In this document: one piece after another, positions 50,444 to 61,408 of the stretch
Layout: each line of letters opens with the position of its first letter
Position numbering within the stretch: the first letter of the stretch is position 1
IMG/VR virus record: IMGVR_UViG_3300034175_000060
Coordinates: 22,209 to 86,208 of that record
Length of the DNA: 64,000 bases
Direction: 5' to 3' (one strand)
From: a virus
Made by a program: the position numbers and the translations under genes
Notes under the pieces: model-generated
Seen by the model: the letters and a program-made list of their open reading frames with translations, nothing else
The model's database searches: none
What the model was told of the DNA's origin: nothing

Positions 50444-51116
50444 ACGTCTAAACATTTGTGGTGACAGTTCTGAGAAATGTGTTGACAGACGAACGAAGTG
50501 AGCCTATCATGTAGGCTTCACATAGGAGAAAACATGTTAAATTATTTTGAAGGCAAATGGTATGCAAAATAAACAAGATTATCCGAAATGGGCAAATGCT
50601 AACATTGTTGGTTTTGGCACAAATGATTATGGACCAGTGTACGAATCACCATATGATGAAGCTGTATGGGAAGCTCGTGAAGATTTGATGGGGCTTGAAG
50701 AGGAATACGACGGAGAAGAATATCACACTGCTTTTGCCAAATATTCTCATTTATTTGATATGCAAGATGCCACAAAAGTAAAAGTATCAGACGGCCCAAG
50801 TATCTTTGAAAATATAGCAATTTTTGATAAATTCATGAAAGATAATACTATTGATACGAGTTTTATTTGTAAGACTGTACCAGCTACATTTCTTGTAGGC
50901 AACAAATACTTTTACACAACTTCGAGTGAGGGTGATAATGGATGACCATGACAAATTGACCGAGTTCTTGTGGGGCAAGGTAAGACATTATGGAATAGAA
51001 AGTTTCAATCTACACGAACTAAAAGAGCTTCGAGAACTCTGTACATATGCTATTATCCAGAGGTTGGAGGAGAGCGCACCGTTGGTGTATCGGGAGATTT
51101 TTCAGGAGAGGGAGAA

Positions 51117-51431
51117 ATGCTTACCAAAGACTTAGTAGAAAAACTACCTATCGGTGCTCTAGTACATCATTACCTGCTCGCCTCTTTTTCGTATTACATT
51201 ATGCACACGTCACCAATGACAGATGACGCTTTCGACTACGTTTGTGAGAAGTTGTTGCAGGAGTATGACAACTTTGAGCATCAGCACAAGAAGTACATTA
51301 ACAAAGAAGCTTTGAAAGCAGGGACAGCCTACCACATGAAGGAGAGAGATTACCCGTTGATTGTGCAACACAGTGCTGATTTGTATATGCAAGCTTGTTT
51401 ATCTGGTGCACTCTTTAAGGAGGAGAAGTGA
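51117..51431 (+). CDS. Protein resembling the N-terminal (Ia) domain of NAD-dependent DNA ligase
   Basis: SFSYYIMHTSPMTDDAFD matches the YY....P.ISD..YD pattern. Confidence 0.6.
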   Translation: MLTKDLVEKLPIGALVHHYLLASFSYYIMHTSPMTDDAFDYVCEKLLQEYDNFEHQHKKYINKEALKAGTAYHMKERDYPLIVQHSADLYMQACLSGALFKEEK

Positions 51432-52016
51432 CAACTCACACAATTACATTACCTTGTAAAATAACCTACACATACAATCCAGAGGAAGAGGAGACACGAT
51501 TCTCTCCAAAGATTGAAGAAGAATTCACTGTAGAGCATATGTATTTTGGTAAGACAGACATACTTCCATTGTTTGATGCAGAATTCTGGGATACAATTGA
51601 TGCTGTGATTTCTAATTACATTTTGGAGCTAGGGAAAGATGAATAATATTGAATATAAGATGCTGACACGGGAGCAACTGTTAGCGCATTACGAGGCTCT
51701 TTTCACGTACACTCAGCAGCTTGAGAGTCAAGTGAAAGCGTTGGAAGGTGACGCAGACTATTGGGAGAGTCAGTATTACAAGGCTAATGAAGCTCCTAGT
51801 TACGATGGCGGATACAATGATGGTTATGCTGCTGGTCGTGGTTATGACTGAAGACAACCTTCACAACAGCACTCGCCCACCCTACCTGATGTATGACGTT
51901 GGTAGCGTACTCATTCCCGTTCCAGAAGAGGCTCTTGCATACTGGACAGATCATATCAAAGCTTTGATGGAGAAGCATATGAAGGCACCGCAAGTTAATA
52001 TCTGGAAGGACGTGAT

Positions 52017-52394
52017 TTGAAATGGTTGTTGTGCTTGCTGTTTTGTGGTAATGTGTACGCAAAGGAAAGTTCAACAAATTGTCTCGCAACAGCATTGTAC
52101 AGAGAGTGTTCTGGATGTTCAGCAAGGGGACAGAAGGCAGTACTAGAAGTAATTGAGAATCGTGCACACTATGACAGGAAAAGTATTTGTGCGGTTGTGA
52201 AGAGTTCTGCTTTCCCTTGGTCGGCTAGGCAACAAAATTGGAAGCCTTCGCAAGAAGCCTTGACAATATTCTTTAGAGCGCGCAGAATGACACCTGTAGT
52301 GGGGAAAGGTGTGTATTATTTCAATAATGAGAAGATGTCCTATGGCAGGTTTGCTGTAAGGATTGAAGATCATTTATTTTATTATAGGATTTAG
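52017..52394 (+). CDS. SleB-like cell wall hydrolase (Hydrolase_2)
   Basis: Signal-like N-terminus; CLATALYRE...GQKAVLEVIENR...SICAVV...FPW...IEDHLFY. Confidence 0.85.
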   Translation: MKWLLCLLFCGNVYAKESSTNCLATALYRECSGCSARGQKAVLEVIENRAHYDRKSICAVVKSSAFPWSARQQNWKPSQEALTIFFRARRMTPVVGKGVYYFNNEKMSYGRFAVRIEDHLFYYRI

Positions 52395-52395
52395 T

Positions 52396-53004
52396 ATGAC
52401 TAGAGGAAAGAGCAAAAACTTCGATCCAGAAAAGTTATCAGTTTTTGGTGTAGGTTGCATAGGTTCAGGAGACTACACAACAGGAGGTGATAATAAAACT
52501 AGAGTTTACAGGGTTTGGCAGGGTATGATGTGGAGATGTTATAGCAGTTCGCAACCAGTGTCTTATGCTGGGTGCACGGTTCATGATGACTGGTTAAATT
52601 TTCAGAACTTTGCTAGAGACTACTTCAAGATGTTTGACCACGCCGAGGACGACTGGCAACTGGACAAAGACATACTTGTTAAAAATAATAAAATTTACTC
52701 TGTCGAAACTTGTGTAGCGTGCCCCTCTGAGATTAATAAAATATTTCAGAGAAGTAGAGGGTCAAGGGGTAAGTACCCATTAGGTGTATCTTGGCATAAA
52801 AACCATGACGTATTTTCCGCGAATATGCAAGTTGAAGGTAGAACTAAATTCTTAGGGCATTATATTAATGTAGGAGATGCATTTATGGCCTATAAAACTT
52901 TCAAAGAACGTTATATAAAAGAGGTCGCGGAAGAGTATAAAGAAATAATCTCTGACAAGTTGTATGAAGCACTTTTAAATTATGAAATTTCTATTAATGA
53001 TTGA
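52396..53004 (+). CDS. HNH-like ('DKD') endonuclease with AP2-like domain
   Basis: WQGMMWRCY...WLNFQNF...QLDKDIL...YSVETC...PLGVSW. Confidence 0.8.
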   Translation: MTRGKSKNFDPEKLSVFGVGCIGSGDYTTGGDNKTRVYRVWQGMMWRCYSSSQPVSYAGCTVHDDWLNFQNFARDYFKMFDHAEDDWQLDKDILVKNNKIYSVETCVACPSEINKIFQRSRGSRGKYPLGVSWHKNHDVFSANMQVEGRTKFLGHYINVGDAFMAYKTFKERYIKEVAEEYKEIISDKLYEALLNYEISIND

Positions 53005-53207
53005 GGGTTACCAAATGACTAAAGTAAATACTACCAAAGAATTGATTCAAAAATGTCTGACCGAATGGGATCGTCGCTATCGTGAAGACCCTGAAGCGTT
53101 TATGAATGAGGCTGCACGATTGTTGCAAAGTGATGCTGAGAGTTATGGTGAATGTGCTACGCCGTATTTTCTGAGTGTCTTGGCTGATGTTACTAAGGGA
53201 GAATAAT

Positions 53208-53381
53208 ATGATTGAAATTAGTGACGATACTGTAACGATGACTGTTGCAGAATATGATAATCTCTACGATGATTCTATTTTGCTAAATTGTCTGCGGAAC
53301 GCTGGAGTAGATAATTGGGATGGATGGGAGTATGCTGTAGAGGCTTACGAAGAGATTATGAATGGGGAGATGGACCAATGA
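53208..53381 (+). CDS. Small phage protein with GVDNW motif
   Basis: LNCLRNAGVDNWDGWEYA, a motif widespread in lytic phages. Confidence 0.6.
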   Translation: MIEISDDTVTMTVAEYDNLYDDSILLNCLRNAGVDNWDGWEYAVEAYEEIMNGEMDQ

Positions 53382-54404
53382 ATTTCGAAGAACGCATGGA
53401 AGCACGCAAGCTGAAAGAATCTCAAGAACAATCCGAACGTCTGAAAGAAATGTCTCTGGACAAATATCCCGTGGCAATCAAATTTAACATCCTTGCCAAG
53501 TCTGCACAAGATGCAGCAGAGGCTTTGAAGATGTTTACGGAGAGCATGGAGGGTTTTAGTGATATTTCTGATGTGGAAGCTTTGGAGGTATAATGACTAC
53601 AATTCAATCTAACACGGGATTTTTCAATGTCCTAGTGAATAAAGAGGCACCAGTTGTAACCTTTACAGAGCACCCTATTCTTGGTTGGGAAGCTGCTGAG
53701 GATGGTGTTTATGCAATCACAGTAATTGGGAAGGTTATTCCTAAGTATGTTGTGTACCCCGCAGCAGCCATGACAGGTGCAGTTCCCACTGTTGTGCGAG
53801 TGGCTGACGGTTTGATTTACAAGAGTCGGCAATGGTTTTATGATATGATTAAGCAAGAGTGGCTTGACGAGCAGAATTCTGGAGGCGAGATATAATGACG
53901 ACAATTGAACAAGTGTTCCTAGACACTAAAGCAATCTTTGAGAAGCAAGCTGCTGAGGCTATGGAAGCTGTTATGTCAAAGATTTATTCTGAGTATTTGC
54001 CACACATTGAAAACGATAACTATTTCAACGTTCGCACACAATGCCGAGATTGGCTGGAACGTTTCATGAACGATTCCTTGCGAGAAGATGACATTAGTAT
54101 TAAGAGTGTTACAGAATTCTACTCTGGTAAAGACATTCGTGCTAAGATGTTCCAAGACAATAAAGAGGAGCTTACGAAGATTATTGGCAAGGATATTGTG
54201 GAGCGAGTGTACGAGTTGGAGCAACGTGTGGCACAACATTGGGAGAAGCGTTATGGCTAAATGGATTTGTGAATATCGCGTAGTAATCGAAGCTGAAGAC
54301 TTTGATGAAGCAGAGTTGGTATCAGTTGATCTTGAGGGAGATATTCGACATTGTAACAAGAGAGTGGTTAGTGTAGACTGCGATCCTTACATCGAGAGTT
54401 TGAG

Positions 54405-54974
54405 TTGAAGCCTTGTATGACTCTTGCGGAAGCCAAGGAAGTATTTTACCTAGACGGCACTAGTCCTTCTGGCATCCGGTGGAAGATAGATAAATTCTGC
54501 GGTAAGTATAACCAGTTTCACTGTGTTGTAAAAGGTTCTGTTGCCGGTTGCCAAGATAAATACTGGAGAGTCACATACAACTACAAAAATTACCACTGCC
54601 ATAGAATTGTAATAATGCTTGCAGAAAATTTAGAAGCATGTGAGGTTGATGTTGTAGATCATGTAGATGGGGACGGTTTAAATAATAAGTTGGAGAATTT
54701 AATATTGTCAGGTACTGCTAAAAACATGAGAAATAGAAAGCGAATGACATCCAACAAAAGTGGAGTTACAGGTGCATTTGTAGTCAGCATCCATGGTAGG
54801 CTATATGCACGAGCACAGTGGTACGATATAGACGGCTCTCGCAGAACTAAGAACTTCTCCCACAATAAATACGGAGAAGCAGTAGCTTGGCAAATGGCAA
54901 TTGATCTTAGAGATGAAAAATTTAAAATGTTGCAAGAACAAGGTGCAGGTTATTCTGACAGACACGGTAAATGA
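54405..54974 (+). CDS. HNH endonuclease with AP2-like C-terminus
   Basis: HRIV...VDHVDGDGLNNKLENL...N.RN...NKSGVTG. Confidence 0.85.
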   Translation: MKPCMTLAEAKEVFYLDGTSPSGIRWKIDKFCGKYNQFHCVVKGSVAGCQDKYWRVTYNYKNYHCHRIVIMLAENLEACEVDVVDHVDGDGLNNKLENLILSGTAKNMRNRKRMTSNKSGVTGAFVVSIHGRLYARAQWYDIDGSRRTKNFSHNKYGEAVAWQMAIDLRDEKFKMLQEQGAGYSDRHGK

Positions 54975-55477
54975 CAAATAAGGAGATTTGATATGTACAA
55001 TCTAGTATTTAGTGGCTTTGCCACAAAAGAGCAAGCTGAAGAATTTCTTTCTTGGTATGACAACTCTGGTGAGCAAGATTTTGGTACTCACTTGGATTGT
55101 CAAGAATGCCCTGAGTCGTTCATGCCTGTGAATTATAGTAAAATACCAGAGTGGTTCGGGGATAACTACGTAGCGCACTTGCAAGTCTTTATGAAGGATA
55201 AATCTAATGACTAAAATCTACGAACCACAAGAACGCTGGGACAATTTCTGGAAAGAAATCCTTATTCTTCCAGACGGCTCAATTGACGTAGAACAATTGA
55301 AGAAAGAGTTGTGTGATTTCTCTGTGCTGATTAACAATATCCCTAAGATATTTGATGCTATCACTGGAGGGATGGTTAGTAAGCCTATGACTGACCCTGA
55401 CGTAGTTATCTCGTTGCATGATGATTATGTTGATCGCATGGTTGAGCAGGCTGTTGAAGATTATAAGGAAGAGAATA

Positions 55478-56140
55478 ATGCTTAAAGCAAAAGTAATTGC
55501 AGTAACTAAAGGTGTTGTAGAAGGTATTGAGTCTGCACAAGATTTGATTTCTTATTGTGCACGTGTATCTAATCCAACTAATCAACTGAACATGGACACA
55601 TCTCAGAAGCTTATTGATTACCTCCGCAAGCATAAGCATTGGAGTCCTCTGGATATGGCAAACGTTGTGGTAGAAGTGGAATGTCCACGAGACATCATGC
55701 GTCAATTGTTACGCCATGCTTCCCTGAAGCCACAAGAGTTTTCCCAGCGTTATGCAGATGTGACAGCCTTGGGTGATTGCTTTGTGTTGCGTGAAGCGCG
55801 TCTACAAGACGCAAAGAACCGCCAGAACAGCATTGCTTCGGAAGATGAAGAGTTGCAACAATGGTGGAAAGAGTCTCAACAAGAAATTATTGATCTTGTG
55901 TCCAAGAAGTACAAAGAAGGTTTGGAACGAGGGATGGCTAAAGAGTGTGTACGAGTTATCTTACCAGAAGGTAACACGATGTCTCGTGCATACTTCAATG
56001 GTACTATCCGAAGCTGGATTCATTATCTGGAAGTCCGTCTGGAAGAAGGTGTTACTCAAGCGGAGCATGTGTGGCTCGCTCGCATCATTACAGAAGCTGT
56101 CAACAAGACGTTTGTTGTCGCAGAGGAAACTTGGAAATGA
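55478..56140 (+). CDS. thyX: Flavin-dependent thymidylate synthase
   Basis: CARVSNP, HWSPLD, RQLLRH...QEFSQRY, GMAKECVRVILP, RSWIHY...R. Confidence 0.95.
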   Translation: MLKAKVIAVTKGVVEGIESAQDLISYCARVSNPTNQLNMDTSQKLIDYLRKHKHWSPLDMANVVVEVECPRDIMRQLLRHASLKPQEFSQRYADVTALGDCFVLREARLQDAKNRQNSIASEDEELQQWWKESQQEIIDLVSKKYKEGLERGMAKECVRVILPEGNTMSRAYFNGTIRSWIHYLEVRLEEGVTQAEHVWLARIITEAVNKTFVVAEETWK

Positions 56141-56350
56141 AGAAACTCTTAGGCTACACTCTGCTAGCATCACCTCTCGCCCTATTCCTAACACATGCTG
56201 TTTACAAGCACGGATGGCTTGTTGTTACGGTGAGCTTGGTGACAACTGCGATAGTTGCTGGAATGGTTTATTTGGGACTTCGGCTTGTAATCGATTGACA
56301 CAAGCCTGAGAAGAATTTACAATAGGTCATCACATTAATTAGGAAATGTA

Positions 56351-57682
56351 ATGAAGATCGAGTACAACCAAGAGAAGAACGTCATCACAGTGGGTAAGGC
56401 TGAGTTTAGCTCGTTCACAAACTTTGATAATGCTTTGCAATTTGCTTACAACATATTTGACAGTAATGGTGTGAGCATTGCAGAGATGAAGGATTACAAA
56501 GTTGTAGAACGTAAGAAGACACATGATTCGCTTGATGTGTACAACTTTGAAGACGAACCCACCTACAAATACTTGTACACTCAGAAACAACGGTATAAGG
56601 CAATTGGTGATGTTCTTGGTTGCTCTCTTTCGGTGTTCTATAAGAATTTCCAAGCACTACAGCGCAAAGCTTTCATTGTGCCTGTTTACGGGATTTACCA
56701 GAAGCTATCTGACCACAGACCTTGGCGGAAACTGACAGGTAATAAATGGAATACATCACTACTTGATGAAATCTATGCTAAGAAAGACAAGCTCGTAGCT
56801 GTCTACGAAGATGGTTTGTACCCACTATTACCTCTGGTTTACACTCTCAACCGTACACCACAAGAATTGAGAGCACTACTTAAAAGTAATTGGAAAGTAT
56901 TAGCTAATAACAGTTTGCACAAGAACAAGAAGATTTCACAATGCATTCCAAAAAATGTGCTTGACGGAAAAGATAGTCGTGCTGCACAGCGTCAAGTTAA
57001 TGCGATGGAAACCTTGTGCACAGACCTACCAACAAGCTTGCTAGAGTATTTGTCACAACAATACTATTCTAAAAACTCTTTGCAGTATGTTAAGCTAAAT
57101 CTACGAGGGAATTGGGGTAAGAAAGACGTGATTCAGAAAGAGCTACGAATTTTCATGGATGCTGAGCGTATGGCAGAGAGCCTTGGTGAGAAAGTTAACA
57201 TGAAATGGACTCCCCGCCGTTTGAAAGAAGAACATGACAGGATGTCTAAGGAAATCACAGCACGTAAATATTCTAGAGACTTGTTTGATTCTGTGAAGGA
57301 CGTTTCTGTCAAATCTCTCAATGTTGGCGAGTACACAGCAACCCTTCTTGACAATGCTTTCTCCATTGCTGACGAGGGGAACGCTATGGGGCATTGTGTG
57401 GCAGGGTACGCTGATAGTGTTCGTCAAGGGAATTACTTGGTGTACTCTGTAACGAAAGCAGGTGAGCGTAGTAGCACGATTGGTCTGAACAAGGGTAGGG
57501 GTTACAGTTACCATAATCAGAATACTGGCAAGACTTTTGAAGACGTAGCTGAGTGGAAGATGCAACAACAATACGGTCGCTACAACGCATCTGTCAAAGA
57601 CCAAGATGAGAAGGATTTGGCAGACAACATTGTGAAGTTGCTGAACGAGAAGAAGCTTGACAACTCTGACAAACCTCTGTAA
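56351..57682 (+). CDS. PcfJ-like domain protein
   Basis: LKEEHD...EGNAMGHCVAGY...YLVYSV...STI...QQYGRYN. Confidence 0.75.
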   Translation: MKIEYNQEKNVITVGKAEFSSFTNFDNALQFAYNIFDSNGVSIAEMKDYKVVERKKTHDSLDVYNFEDEPTYKYLYTQKQRYKAIGDVLGCSLSVFYKNFQALQRKAFIVPVYGIYQKLSDHRPWRKLTGNKWNTSLLDEIYAKKDKLVAVYEDGLYPLLPLVYTLNRTPQELRALLKSNWKVLANNSLHKNKKISQCIPKNVLDGKDSRAAQRQVNAMETLCTDLPTSLLEYLSQQYYSKNSLQYVKLNLRGNWGKKDVIQKELRIFMDAERMAESLGEKVNMKWTPRRLKEEHDRMSKEITARKYSRDLFDSVKDVSVKSLNVGEYTATLLDNAFSIADEGNAMGHCVAGYADSVRQGNYLVYSVTKAGERSSTIGLNKGRGYSYHNQNTGKTFEDVAEWKMQQQYGRYNASVKDQDEKDLADNIVKLLNEKKLDNSDKPL

Positions 57683-57710
57683 AATAATTGAATACAACTA
57701 GGAGAACAAC

Positions 57711-57956
57711 ATGAACAAATTTATCCCAATCGCAATCCTTCTGTCCCTGACAGCTTGCTCACAACCTGACAAGGCTCAACAAGTGTTATCTAAAGCAGGC
57801 TACACAGATATCCAAACTGGCGGATATGGAATGTTTAGTTGCTCTGACGATGACACGTTCAAGACTAAATTCACTGCCAAGGGTCCGAGTGGGCAAACTG
57901 TTGAGGGTGTTGTTTGCAGCGGCTTGTTCAAAGGCAGCACCATTCGTATTGATTAA
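57711..57956 (+). CDS. Small lipoprotein
   Basis: MNKFIPIAILLSLTAC lipobox; GY..I...G...F.CS.DD...F.A..P.G..V.G.VC.G..KG.TIR. Confidence 0.8.
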   Translation: MNKFIPIAILLSLTACSQPDKAQQVLSKAGYTDIQTGGYGMFSCSDDDTFKTKFTAKGPSGQTVEGVVCSGLFKGSTIRID

Positions 57957-59181
57957 TAATAAGTATTGGAGAACACATGAAACATCTAGCCGCAATTCAA
58001 TCGCAATTGGCAATTAATAAACAGGTTATCAAGATTCTACAAGAAGATATTACTGTGGCACGTGATAGAAAGACTATGTGTGACTACGAAGGATATTTGG
58101 ATGCTGAGCATTATTGGCACAAGACGTTGAAAAATCTTCGATCACAATTGAAAAATTATGTCCGTCTTCAGCAAGCATTGAAACAATTGTGCAAAGGGAA
58201 TGTATAATGGATAGTCGAATTCTACAAAGCCTCATCCAAATTAATTCTGACAATATCAGTCGTGTTCAGAGTTTTTATCAAAGCTTCAAAGACATTTCCA
58301 AGAATGCCTTCCACGCTGGCAAGGATGAAGAACATAAGAAGTATCTGAAGCTTGCTAAGAAGGAGTTGGCTAAGATGCATTTGCTTGAACGTAATCAGAA
58401 AATTTTGAAACAGACTCTTGATGATAAGTATTACAATGAGCTTATGGATAAATTGACTGACGATTATGATCTTCTGGAGATGAGTTATGACTAACCGTCA
58501 CGGACTAGACACAGACTATTTCTCCAAGAAGCTGAAGCTTGTATTGGAAGGCATCAACAGCTATACTCCTGACGAGATGGCGCGAGAGCTTGCTAGGTTG
58601 GCTATTACGGCTGATGCTAGGAGTGCTGGTGTGGAGTTTATCAGGTATAATGAGCAATGTAATTATGGGAATAAATAATGGTAGCCCTATTTGCGTTTAC
58701 TGTGTGTTGTGCTAATGATAGCCCATGGTATGTATTTCTTATTGGGTTCTTGCTGTTATTGATGGAGGGTAAGTGATGGCTATTACTTATAGAAATATGC
58801 TTGTAGCAATTGATGATGAAAATTTCACAGCACGAATCATGGACAGTTATGACGCACAGTTTGAAATTGAGCAGGAAGGTGACTGGTTTATTGTGACCGA
58901 GAAAATCGGTGATATGGATCATCTTGTGTTGGAGACTGACAGTTTGTTTACAGCATTTCAGTTTGTGAAGGACTGGACATGATGAAATACCTAGAGTGGT
59001 CTGAGCCTTGGCAATACGGAGACGAACCTACTGAGTGGGTGGAAGTGTTGTCACGTATGACTGTCAAGGATGCCATTAAATACCAGCGTGGGCTTTATAC
59101 TAACGTGTATAAGGATAAATGTGATGATTATCCTTTGGAGGATTTCATTGCAGATCGGTGGGCTAAGATTGTGGAGGGTTG

Positions 59182-60825
59182 ATGGGATATTGGAAAAAGG
59201 ATGATATGAGCGAAAAAGAAGACGAAGGTAGTAAGTTTGTACCTAAAGAAACGATGAAAGATGTTGAGAAGTATCCTTTTGTCGATATTCCTGATCGTGG
59301 AATCCGCAAGGAAACGTGTGAACGGTTTGGTGTCAAAGGATGCGTCAACAATGGAAAGCTTGAAGCAATTTACTTTCCATATTACGACCAAAAAGGTGTT
59401 CTTACTGCTTACAAAAAGCAAGATGTCACAAAGCACAAATCGGAAAAAGGTCACTGGGGAGTTATTGGTACGCTGACGATTTCCAATAAGCTGTTTGGTC
59501 AAGATGTTGCTGAGAAAATAAATCGGAAAAAGAATAACATCTTTGTCACCGAAGGATGTCACGATGCAATGGCAGCTTTTCAGGCAATGAAGGACCAAGT
59601 TAAAGGGACCAAGTTTGACGGTATGGAACCTTTTGTTGTCAGTATTTCGATGGGTACTGCAAATGCTGTTGAAGCAATGCTACACAACGAAGATTTTATT
59701 CAAGGTCATGAAAAGATAACTCTTGCTTTTGATGGAGACTCTACGACTCCCGCTGAAAAACTAAAAGGTATCATGAAAGGACTTGAGGCAACAGAAGCAG
59801 TTGCTGGTGCTTTTGTTGGAGATAATCTGTATGTTGTGCCATACGAAAATGGTTACAAAGATTGTAGTGATTATCTTCAAGATGGTAAGAGTAATGAGCT
59901 TGCCAAACTGCTTCAGTTCGGGACTAAGCGATTTGTCACCGAGAAAATTAGTTATGCTTCAGATGTGACTTTTGAGGATTTGATTAAAAAACGAGAAGAG
60001 GGTTTGTATTGCCCAAGCTTCCCAAAACTGATGAGCAAGATTCGTGGTTTTCGCAAATCGGAATTGATCCTATTGACGTCAGGTGTTGGTGTTGGTAAAT
60101 CAACTGTGACAGCATCTTTTGCTGCTGACTTTATCTCAGCAGGGGAACGAGTAGGACTTATCTTCCTAGAGGAAACTCAGAAAGAAACTCTTCAGCGTAT
60201 GGTTGCTCACCATTTGAAGGTGAATTTCAATAATTTCAAGAATGATCCTTTGTCTTGTGCATCTGAGGAAGCAATTCGAGAAGCTTACGATTTCATTGTC
60301 AATGATGACAAAGCAGTTTTCCTTTCTCATTTTGGTCACATGTCAATTGAAGAACTGATGCCGAAGATTAAGCACATGCATCTTGTCAGCAAGTGCGACC
60401 GAATCATCATCGATCATTTGACCCTCGTGACAGCATCAGGAAGTTCTGATATTGATGAGCGTAAAGAGATTGACAAGTGTATGACAATGCTAGCAGCATT
60501 CTGCGCTAGTAATCCGGTGACAATTATTGCAATCAGTCACATCAATCGTGGTGGATTTGCAGATAACAAGCCTCCTAAAGACGCTGAGACAGAAGCATAC
60601 TGGGTGAAGGTAGATAAGAGCCACATGCGAGGTTCTAGTGCCTTGGAAGCACTGTCTTGGATCATTCTAGGTCTTGAGGGACAAGTGATGCCAGATCGTA
60701 GTCGGGGTAATGCTCGACTTACCGTTTTGAAGAATAGACCATTCGGCAACCTCGGGGTATGTGATGAGTTCTGCCTCGACCCTACGACATGGGAAGTTTT
60801 GCTGGTTGAGGATAGGAGTAACTGA
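59182..60825 (+). CDS. T7 gp4-like primase-helicase, lacking the N-terminal Zn-binding domain
   Basis: RGIRKET..RFGV, YFPYY, LFGQ, Toprim EGCHD / FDGD / KDCSD; SF4 helicase GVGVGKST, LEE, IIDHL, ISHINR, RGS, LKNR. The start may instead be 59206. Confidence 0.92.
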   Translation: MGYWKKDDMSEKEDEGSKFVPKETMKDVEKYPFVDIPDRGIRKETCERFGVKGCVNNGKLEAIYFPYYDQKGVLTAYKKQDVTKHKSEKGHWGVIGTLTISNKLFGQDVAEKINRKKNNIFVTEGCHDAMAAFQAMKDQVKGTKFDGMEPFVVSISMGTANAVEAMLHNEDFIQGHEKITLAFDGDSTTPAEKLKGIMKGLEATEAVAGAFVGDNLYVVPYENGYKDCSDYLQDGKSNELAKLLQFGTKRFVTEKISYASDVTFEDLIKKREEGLYCPSFPKLMSKIRGFRKSELILLTSGVGVGKSTVTASFAADFISAGERVGLIFLEETQKETLQRMVAHHLKVNFNNFKNDPLSCASEEAIREAYDFIVNDDKAVFLSHFGHMSIEELMPKIKHMHLVSKCDRIIIDHLTLVTASGSSDIDERKEIDKCMTMLAAFCASNPVTIIAISHINRGGFADNKPPKDAETEAYWVKVDKSHMRGSSALEALSWIILGLEGQVMPDRSRGNARLTVLKNRPFGNLGVCDEFCLDPTTWEVLLVEDRSN

Positions 60826-61403
60826 TGGTTTACGGAAAAGGATTTTATTTAGCAGGTAAATATGTTGCTAGAATTTCCAGAACAGAAATGAGCAGAGAAT
60901 ATGATGTGTGGACAAAAATGCTTGAGAGGTGTTATGATGACAAATTCCAGACCAAGTGTCCAACATATAAAGGATGCGAGGTTTCTGACTATTTTCTCAA
61001 TTTCCAGAACTTTGCCGAGTGGTGTAATACTCAGGTAGGTTTCTCACAAAAGTTTCAATTGGACAAGGACTTGCTTCATAAATCTAACAAACTTTACTGT
61101 CCTACCAAGTGTGTATTTCTCCCTCAAGAGGTAAATAAGTTCTTGATTGGTTCCGATGCAAGTCGTGGAGATTTACCGAAAGGTGTATCGTTTCACAAGG
61201 TCACAGGAAAGTATCAAGTGAGAGTTCGGGAAGATGGAAAATCACACTATTTGGGGTTGTTCACAGATATTGATTTGGCTAAGAACATTTACAAGTCAAA
61301 TAAAGAACGTATTGCTAAGAAACTTGCGTTAAAATGGCAAGATGAAATCGATAGCAAAGCTTTCTATTCTCTCTTTAACTACGAAGAGGAATTTATTAAT
61401 TAA
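60825..61403 (+). CDS. HNH-like ('DKD') endonuclease with AP2-like domain
   Basis: WTKMLERCY...NFQNFAEW...QLDKDLL...YCPTKCVFLP...LPKGVSF. Confidence 0.8.
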   Translation: MVYGKGFYLAGKYVARISRTEMSREYDVWTKMLERCYDDKFQTKCPTYKGCEVSDYFLNFQNFAEWCNTQVGFSQKFQLDKDLLHKSNKLYCPTKCVFLPQEVNKFLIGSDASRGDLPKGVSFHKVTGKYQVRVREDGKSHYLGLFTDIDLAKNIYKSNKERIAKKLALKWQDEIDSKAFYSLFNYEEEFIN

Positions 61404-61408
61404 GGAAT

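Larger units (their letters stand above)
50547..59182 (+). other. Middle-gene block of small hypothetical genes around the named CDSs
   Basis: Contiguous + strand ORFs with SDs and stop/start overlaps. Promoters lie near 50482, 56295 and 57657. Confidence 0.75.
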
